Shown here in pieces: positions 7,061 to 12,261 of a DNA stretch of 12,261 nucleotides (positions within the stretch are counted from its first letter, which is position 1; every line of letters starts with the position of its first letter). The translations under genes and the position numbers were made by a program. Below the pieces are notes generated by a model. That model saw only the letters and a list, made by a program, of their open reading frames with translations, was not told the origin of the DNA and did not search any database. The stretch is from Candidatus Micrarchaeota archaeon (lineage in GTDB: Archaea; B1Sed10-29): positions 1 to 12,261 of the forward strand of contig CAYLXZ010000024.1 of NCBI GenBank assembly GCA_964388265.1, in the 5' to 3' direction.

Positions 7061-7339
7061 ATGAAACTACCAGGAAAAATGAACACATACTGCAAAAACT
7101 GCAGAGAACACAAAGAACACAAAGTAAAACACGTTCACAAAGGACAAGAAAGCGGACAAACCGAAGGAAACAGAAGATTCAACAGAAGAAAAAAAGGATA
7201 CACAGCAAAAATCGGAGAACCAGTAAACCCAGTTAAACAAAGCAAGAAAAGACGAATACTGCTAGAATGCAGCGAATGCGGAGAAAAACAAGAAAGACAA
7301 TACCCAAGATCCCGTAAAAAAATAGAGATAGAGAAATAG
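7061..7339 (+). CDS. rpl44e: 50S ribosomal protein L44e (eL42)
   Basis: MKLP..MNTYCKNC..H..HKV...LLECSECG Zn ribbon. SD GAAGGTGA precedes ATG 7061, so the GTG at 7052 is part of the SD. Confidence 0.92.
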   Translation: MKLPGKMNTYCKNCREHKEHKVKHVHKGQESGQTEGNRRFNRRKKGYTAKIGEPVNPVKQSKKRRILLECSECGEKQERQYPRSRKKIEIEK

Positions 7340-7348
7340 GTGAAATAG

Positions 7349-7540
7349 ATGACCGAAGTCGACTTCCCAAAACCAAGATCAACATTCCTCAAAGTAGAAT
7401 GCAGCACATGCGGAAAAACCCAGAACATATTCGGATCCCCAGCACAACAAGTAGAATGCACAAACTGCGGAGAAACACTAGCAGAACCAACAGGCGGAAA
7501 AGCAAGAATCCAAGGAAAAATAAAGAAAACCCTAGACTAA
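7349..7540 (+). CDS. rps27e: 30S ribosomal protein S27e (eS27)
   Basis: PRSTFLKVECSTC...Q.IF.....VECTNCGETLAEPTGGKARI; SD AGGTGA. Confidence 0.96.
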   Translation: MTEVDFPKPRSTFLKVECSTCGKTQNIFGSPAQQVECTNCGETLAEPTGGKARIQGKIKKTLD

Positions 7541-7567
7541 CTACTTCTAAACCAACCCGGTGATTAA

Positions 7568-8341
7568 ATGAAAAGAAAAGGATGGCCAAAAGAAGGAGAA
7601 CTAGCAGTAATAAAAATAAAAAGAATAATGGACTACGGAGCAGTCGCAGACCTAATCGAATACGAAGACAGAGACGGGTTCATCCACATAAGCAACATAA
7701 CAAAGAGCTGGGTAAAAAACATAAGAAGCCACGTATCAACAGGAGAAACAAGAGTAGCAGAAGTAACAAAAGTAGAACAAGACAAAAACACAATCAACCT
7801 ATCACTCAAAGATGTATCAGACTCACAGAAAAGAAGAAAAATAGACACATGGAAAAGAGAAAAAAGAACAGACAAAGTCATAGAGAAAATTGCAGAAGAA
7901 CTAGACCAAGATCCAGAAGAATCAAAAGAAGAAATCATACCAAAATTCATATCAGCATACGGAGACGCATTCACAGTATTCGAAGAAACCGCAACATACG
8001 GAGAAGAAGTCCTAGAAGACCTAGAACTAGACGAAGAATGGAAAGAAAAGATACTAGAATACTCAAAAGAAAACATAACACCACCAGAAGTATCAGTAGA
8101 AACCGAGATAACAATAGAAACCAACCAAGGAAACGGAGTAGACATCATAAGAGATTCATTGACCCCGATAGGAGAAAAAGAAGATCACGAAGTCACATAC
8201 ATATCAGCACCAAGATACAAACTCAAGATAACTGAGAAAGACTACAAGAAAGCCGAGAAAAAACTCGAAGACGCACAAGAAGAGATAAAGAAAGAACTCG
8301 AAGACAAAGGAAAAGTAGAATTCAAAAGAATAGACAGGTGA
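7568..8341 (+). CDS. eif2a: Translation initiation factor aIF2 alpha subunit
   Basis: WP.EGEL....I..I.DYGA...L.EY....GFIHIS....WVKNIR S1 domain, INLSLK and YISAPRY....DYKKAEK; SD GGTGA. Confidence 0.96.
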   Translation: MKRKGWPKEGELAVIKIKRIMDYGAVADLIEYEDRDGFIHISNITKSWVKNIRSHVSTGETRVAEVTKVEQDKNTINLSLKDVSDSQKRRKIDTWKREKRTDKVIEKIAEELDQDPEESKEEIIPKFISAYGDAFTVFEETATYGEEVLEDLELDEEWKEKILEYSKENITPPEVSVETEITIETNQGNGVDIIRDSLTPIGEKEDHEVTYISAPRYKLKITEKDYKKAEKKLEDAQEEIKKELEDKGKVEFKRIDR

Positions 8342-8345
8342 AAAA

Positions 8346-9113
8346 ATGGAAACACGAATAGAAAAAATAAACGACATCGAACCCGAAAAACCAATACTAA
8401 TCGAAGGACTACCAGGCATAGGAATAGTAGGAAAACTAAGCGCAGACCAACTACTAGATCAACTGGAAACAGAGAAATACGCAGACATATACTCACCACA
8501 CTTCCAACCACAAGTAGACATACTAGAAGATTCAACCATCAAAATGAAAAGAAACGAACTACATATCCATGAGAGAGAAGAAGGAAAAGAAGACCTACTC
8601 ATACTAGCAGGAGTAGAACAAGGAGTAGATGCCCAAGGGCAACATGAAATGTCAAAACTCGTGATAGAAGAAGCAGAAAAACTAGGAACCGAAGAAATCT
8701 ACACACTCGGAGGATACGCCACCAAACAAATGAAAGAAGAACCAGAGGTATTCGGAGCAGTAACACACGAAGAAATGAAAGAAGACCTCAAAGAAAAAGA
8801 AGTAAGCTTCGAGAAAAAAGGCCCAATAGGAGGAGCAGCCGGACTACTACTCGGATACGGAGCCAAGAAAGAAATGAAAGGCACCTGCCTAATGGGAGAA
8901 ACACACGGAAAATTCGTGGATCCAAATGCATCCAAACAAGTTCTAAAAGTACTCGGAGAGATACTGGATCTGGAACTAACCTACGAAGAACTAGAAGAAA
9001 AAGCAGAAGAAGTCAAAAACGCAATAGACGAAATGAAGAAAGCTAAAAAGACACAGCAAACACCAGGACAGATGCCAGAAACACCAGACTCATCCATGGA
9101 ATACATCCAATAA
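8346..9113 (+). CDS. PAC2 family proteasome assembly chaperone-like protein
   Basis: PILIEGLPGIG.VGKL, IYSPHF.PQV, IYTLGGY, IGGAAGLLL and CLMGET.G..VDP.AS motifs. It is the usual neighbour of aIF2alpha. Confidence 0.92.
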   Translation: METRIEKINDIEPEKPILIEGLPGIGIVGKLSADQLLDQLETEKYADIYSPHFQPQVDILEDSTIKMKRNELHIHEREEGKEDLLILAGVEQGVDAQGQHEMSKLVIEEAEKLGTEEIYTLGGYATKQMKEEPEVFGAVTHEEMKEDLKEKEVSFEKKGPIGGAAGLLLGYGAKKEMKGTCLMGETHGKFVDPNASKQVLKVLGEILDLELTYEELEEKAEEVKNAIDEMKKAKKTQQTPGQMPETPDSSMEYIQ

Positions 9114-9128
9114 CCACTAGATGGTTCT

Positions 9129-10385
9129 ATGAAGATAAGAGCAGACCTACACATACATTCAAAATACGCTAGAGCCACAAGCCCAAAGTCAAACATACCA
9201 GGACTAGCCAAAGGAGCAAAAGAAAAAGGAATAAACCTACTAGGCACAGGAGACTACACACATCCAGAGTACTTCCAACACCTCCAGAACAAGTTAGAGA
9301 AAGATCCGGAAACCAATTTCTACATACACGACGATGTATACTTCATTCCATCCGTAGAGGTAAGCAACGAATACAGAGAAGACGGAGAGATGAAGAAAAT
9401 ACATCAAGTCATACTAACACCAGAACTAGAGATAGCAAAACAAGTAAACGATGAACTAAGCAAACACACAGACCTATCAATAGACGGAAGACCAACATTC
9501 AAGTTCCCAGCACCCGAAATGGTAGAGAAGATAAAAGAAATATCCGAGAGGAACTTCATCTTCCCAGCACACGTCTGGACACCACACTACTCTTTATTCG
9601 GATCAAAATCAGGGTTCGACTCCGTGGAAGAATGCTACAAAGACCAAACCAAACACATACACGCATTAGAAACAGGACTCAGTTCAGATCCCGCGATGAA
9701 CTGGAGACTATCCAGCCTGGACGAATACACATTAGTATCTAACAGCGACTCACACTCACCCTACACCTATAGGCTAGGAAGAGAAGCAAACATCCTAGAC
9801 CTCCAAGACCCATCATACAGCTCCCTAATAGACGTGATAAAGAGAGAAGACCTGGAACAGTTTAAGAAAACCATAGAGTTCTACCCACAAGAAGGAAAGT
9901 ACCACTGGGACGGACATAGAAAATGCGAGACCTATATGGATCCCAGGAAAGCCATGGACAAATTCAACAACAGATGCCCATCCTGCGGAAAAGAAATGAC
10001 ACTAGGAGTAATGCACAGAGTCGAAGAACTCGCAGACAGAGAACCAGGATACAAACCAGAAGGAAAAGTACCATTCCAATCACTCATACCACTACAGAAA
10101 ATCATCTCAATGATCATAGACAAAGGAATCAAAACCAAGTCAGTTAAAAGAAAACACGACAACCTAATAGAGAAGTTCGGAAACGAATTAAACGTCTTGA
10201 TGGAAGCAAATATAAACAAGATACGGAAAGAGACTGATGAAGAGATAGCTGAAGCCATCGAAAAAACCAGGGAAGGAGAAATAGATTGGAAACCAGGGTA
10301 TGATGGAGTCTACGGTGAACCAATATTCGAAGAAGACAAACACTTTAATGGGGAACCTAGTCAGAGCACTCTTTCAGAGTTCTAA
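9129..10385 (+). CDS. endoQ: Endonuclease Q family protein (PHP domain plus Zn finger) with C-terminal PIP box
   Basis: ADLHIHSKY.RATS, GTGD.THP, PAH.WTP..SLFG, ETGLSSDP.MNW, SNSD.HSP..RLGRE, GKYH.DGHR.C...CP.CGK..T.GV.HRV..LADR and PGYDGVYG motifs; ends QSTLSEF. Confidence 0.92.
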   Translation: MKIRADLHIHSKYARATSPKSNIPGLAKGAKEKGINLLGTGDYTHPEYFQHLQNKLEKDPETNFYIHDDVYFIPSVEVSNEYREDGEMKKIHQVILTPELEIAKQVNDELSKHTDLSIDGRPTFKFPAPEMVEKIKEISERNFIFPAHVWTPHYSLFGSKSGFDSVEECYKDQTKHIHALETGLSSDPAMNWRLSSLDEYTLVSNSDSHSPYTYRLGREANILDLQDPSYSSLIDVIKREDLEQFKKTIEFYPQEGKYHWDGHRKCETYMDPRKAMDKFNNRCPSCGKEMTLGVMHRVEELADREPGYKPEGKVPFQSLIPLQKIISMIIDKGIKTKSVKRKHDNLIEKFGNELNVLMEANINKIRKETDEEIAEAIEKTREGEIDWKPGYDGVYGEPIFEEDKHFNGEPSQSTLSEF

Positions 10386-10941
10386 GATCCTTTATCAAAT
10401 CTTCTTCCTTGCTCGGATCATAGATCAATGCAGCTGGATGAAAAGTAGGAATATAAATTCTCCCTTTCTTCTCAATCTTCTTTCCTCTTACTCTAGTTAT
10501 TGATTTTTTCCCTGTGAGCTGCTTGGTGGGAACTCTACCTAGCAATCCGACTGTCACTGGATCTATTAGCTCTATTAATCTCTTTGTATAAGGATGACAG
10601 CTTTCTAGTTCGTCCTTATGTGGATCACGGTTATCTGGAGGCCTACACTTCACCACATTACTAATGAAGATTTCTTCTCTATCTATTCCTGCTTTCTCTA
10701 AGTATCTGTCTAGTTTTTCCCCTGCTTTACCTACGAATGGTTCTCCTTGTAGGTCTTCCTTTTCTCCCGGACCTTCTCCTATTAAAAGTATATCCGCATC
10801 TTCGTTTCCTGATCCAGGAACTGCGTTGGTTCTGTTCTCACTTAATTTACATTTCTCACAGTTCTCTATCGTTTTCTTCAGTTCCTGTAGATTCATCTGT
10901 CTTATCTTCCTGTTCTCTTCCGAGTAATCAGTTAACTTCAT
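10357..10941 (-). CDS. udg: Family 4 uracil-DNA glycosylase (4Fe-4S)
   Basis: C.KC.L...R..AVPG.G, GEGPG..ED..G.PFVG.AG, NVVKCRPP.NR.P...E...C and PTFHPAA motifs. An alternative start is ATG 10896. Confidence 0.95.
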   Translation of the reverse strand: MKLTDYSEENRKIRQMNLQELKKTIENCEKCKLSENRTNAVPGSGNEDADILLIGEGPGEKEDLQGEPFVGKAGEKLDRYLEKAGIDREEIFISNVVKCRPPDNRDPHKDELESCHPYTKRLIELIDPVTVGLLGRVPTKQLTGKKSITRVRGKKIEKKGRIYIPTFHPAALIYDPSKEEDLIKDLRTLKECSD

Positions 10942-12177
10942 CTAAATCAATTCTCTCAATTCCTCTTCAATTTTATCTAAATCAATCTTTTCTTCTTCAC
11001 CTGATTTCATGTCTCTTAGGGTTACTTCGTTGTTTTCTAGTTCTCTTGGCCCTATGATTAATGCGTAGGGTATGTTCTTTGAGTCAATGTACTTGAACTG
11101 CTTTGAGAGATCTCTGTCCATGAGGTCTGTGTCGGTTCTGAATCCTTCTTCTCTCAGTTCGTTGGTTACCTCCAGTGCTTTCTCTCTTACCTTTTCTTTA
11201 ACCGGGCACACGTAGATGTCGGCCTGTCTGTATTCTTCTTTTTCTTCAGTTATGTCGAGTAGTCTGTCTATTCCTAGTCCGAATCCGGTTGCTGGTATGT
11301 CTTCTTTTCCGTAGATTCCTATGAGTGAGTCGTATCTTCCTCCGCTGCAGACGGATCCTTTGTCTTCTTTTCCTTTTACAAAGGTCTCGAACACGAATCC
11401 TGTGTAGTAGTCGAGTCCTCGTGTGATTGATAGATCGATCTCCAGGTTCTTCACTCCTTGGTTCTCCGCTTTCTTAATAACTTCCTCCAGTCTCTTCTTC
11501 GCTTCTTCAGGAACTTTATTCTCTTTCACTTTCTCCAGCATTTCTCTGAACTTCTCTATATCTACATCCTTATCTTTGAGTTCTTCTTCGACTTCCTGTT
11601 GTGTTTTTTTGTCGAGTTTGTCTATTGCTCGGAACACCTCGAGTTTATCTTCTTCGTTTATCCCTGCTTTCTCGGCGACTGCTTCGGATATCTCCCTGGA
11701 GTTCACCTTGATTATGAATTCTTCATCTGTAATTGACTTCAGTGACTTGTATGCTAGTTTGAGTATTTCTGCGTCGGCTTCTGGTTCTTTTGATCCGATT
11801 AACTCACATCCAGTCTGATAAAATTCTCTCCAGCGTCCCTTCTGTGGCCTGTCGTATCTCCACATTCTCGTGATGTAGAAGTATTTGATTGGCTTTGGTT
11901 TTGATGGGTCTGAGGCTACTATCCTGGCTATTGGTACGGTTGGATCAAACCTCAATCCAAGTTTTCGTCCTCCTTTGTCTTCGAATGCGTATATTTCTTT
12001 CTCTATTTCTGGACCGGATTTGGCTGCGAGTAACTCGAAGTTTTCGAATGCAGGTGTCTCGACTTCTCCGTAGCCGTATGACTTATATATGTCTCTTAGT
12101 TCATCGTATATCTCTTGTCTTTTCTGCATTTCTTCTGGTAGGAGGTCTCGAGTTCCTCTTGGTGGTTTAAGCTCCAT
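10942..12177 (-). CDS. hisS: Histidyl-tRNA synthetase
   Basis: PPRGTRD, LRFD.T.P.AR, WRYDRPQKGR.REFYQ, RGLDYYTG.VFE, GGRYD.L and GFGLGIDRL motifs plus anticodon-binding domain. ATG 12177 follows SD-like GGAAGTG. Confidence 0.98.
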   Translation of the reverse strand: MELKPPRGTRDLLPEEMQKRQEIYDELRDIYKSYGYGEVETPAFENFELLAAKSGPEIEKEIYAFEDKGGRKLGLRFDPTVPIARIVASDPSKPKPIKYFYITRMWRYDRPQKGRWREFYQTGCELIGSKEPEADAEILKLAYKSLKSITDEEFIIKVNSREISEAVAEKAGINEEDKLEVFRAIDKLDKKTQQEVEEELKDKDVDIEKFREMLEKVKENKVPEEAKKRLEEVIKKAENQGVKNLEIDLSITRGLDYYTGFVFETFVKGKEDKGSVCSGGRYDSLIGIYGKEDIPATGFGLGIDRLLDITEEKEEYRQADIYVCPVKEKVREKALEVTNELREEGFRTDTDLMDRDLSKQFKYIDSKNIPYALIIGPRELENNEVTLRDMKSGEEEKIDLDKIEEELRELI

Positions 12178-12209
12178 TTTATACACTTCCTTTTTATCTG
12201 TCTTTTTAG

Positions 12210-12261
12210 GGCCGCGGCCGAGATTTGAACCCGGGACGGGAGCGCCACAGGCTCCTGTGTT
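12210..12261 (-). tRNA. tRNA-His(GUG), 5' part outside the window
   Basis: The reverse complement gives anticodon arm GGAGC-CT-GTG-GC-GCTCC, T arm CCGGG-TTCAAAT-CTCGG, acceptor 3' strand CCGCGGC and discriminator C. CCA is not encoded and there is no intron in the visible part. Confidence 0.93.

Noticed and set aside
7582..8235. 217-aa Arg/Asn/Lys-rich ORF overlapping aIF2alpha
   Set aside because: Shadow frame: T-poor coding strands rarely produce stop codons in alternative frames, and it has no recognisable motif.
9096..9113. Proteasome-activating HbYX motif at the PAC2 C-terminus
   Set aside because: The tail is MEYIQ, with Tyr third from last rather than penultimate, so it is not a canonical HbYX.
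2745..12170. Numerous short Phe/Ser/Leu-rich antisense ORFs and other off-frame ORFs
   Set aside because: All lie within well-supported genes and follow from the strand composition bias.
12180..12261. tRNA as an integration site (att) for a mobile element
   Set aside because: I saw no duplicated tRNA 3' end and no integrase in the window, and the downstream genes are housekeeping.

Overview
Archaeal chromosomal window with a strongly A-rich coding strand and Glu/Lys-rich proteins; the lineage is possibly DPANN-like and salt-adapted, but this is inference. The left third (1-4130) is accessory envelope DNA. It has a 5'-truncated type IV pilin-like (class III signal) protein with Cys-rich, PKD and GLUG modules whose GLUG core has a clearly different codon usage. 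It also has a membrane-anchored winged-HTH protein divergent from an operon for a secreted, sequon-rich helical-repeat protein and a small lipoprotein, with a 10-bp-phased GAAC array between them. The centre (4184-10385) is a variant of the conserved archaeal replication/translation cluster: priL-priS-gins15-rpl44e-rps27e-aIF2alpha-PAC2 family, followed by EndoQ, with no nop10 or PCNA gene. The right end, on the minus strand, is tRNA-His(GUG)-hisS-family 4 UDG, converging on and overlapping endoQ. The best candidate for a new system is the membrane HTH / phased array / secreted helical protein / lipoprotein module.
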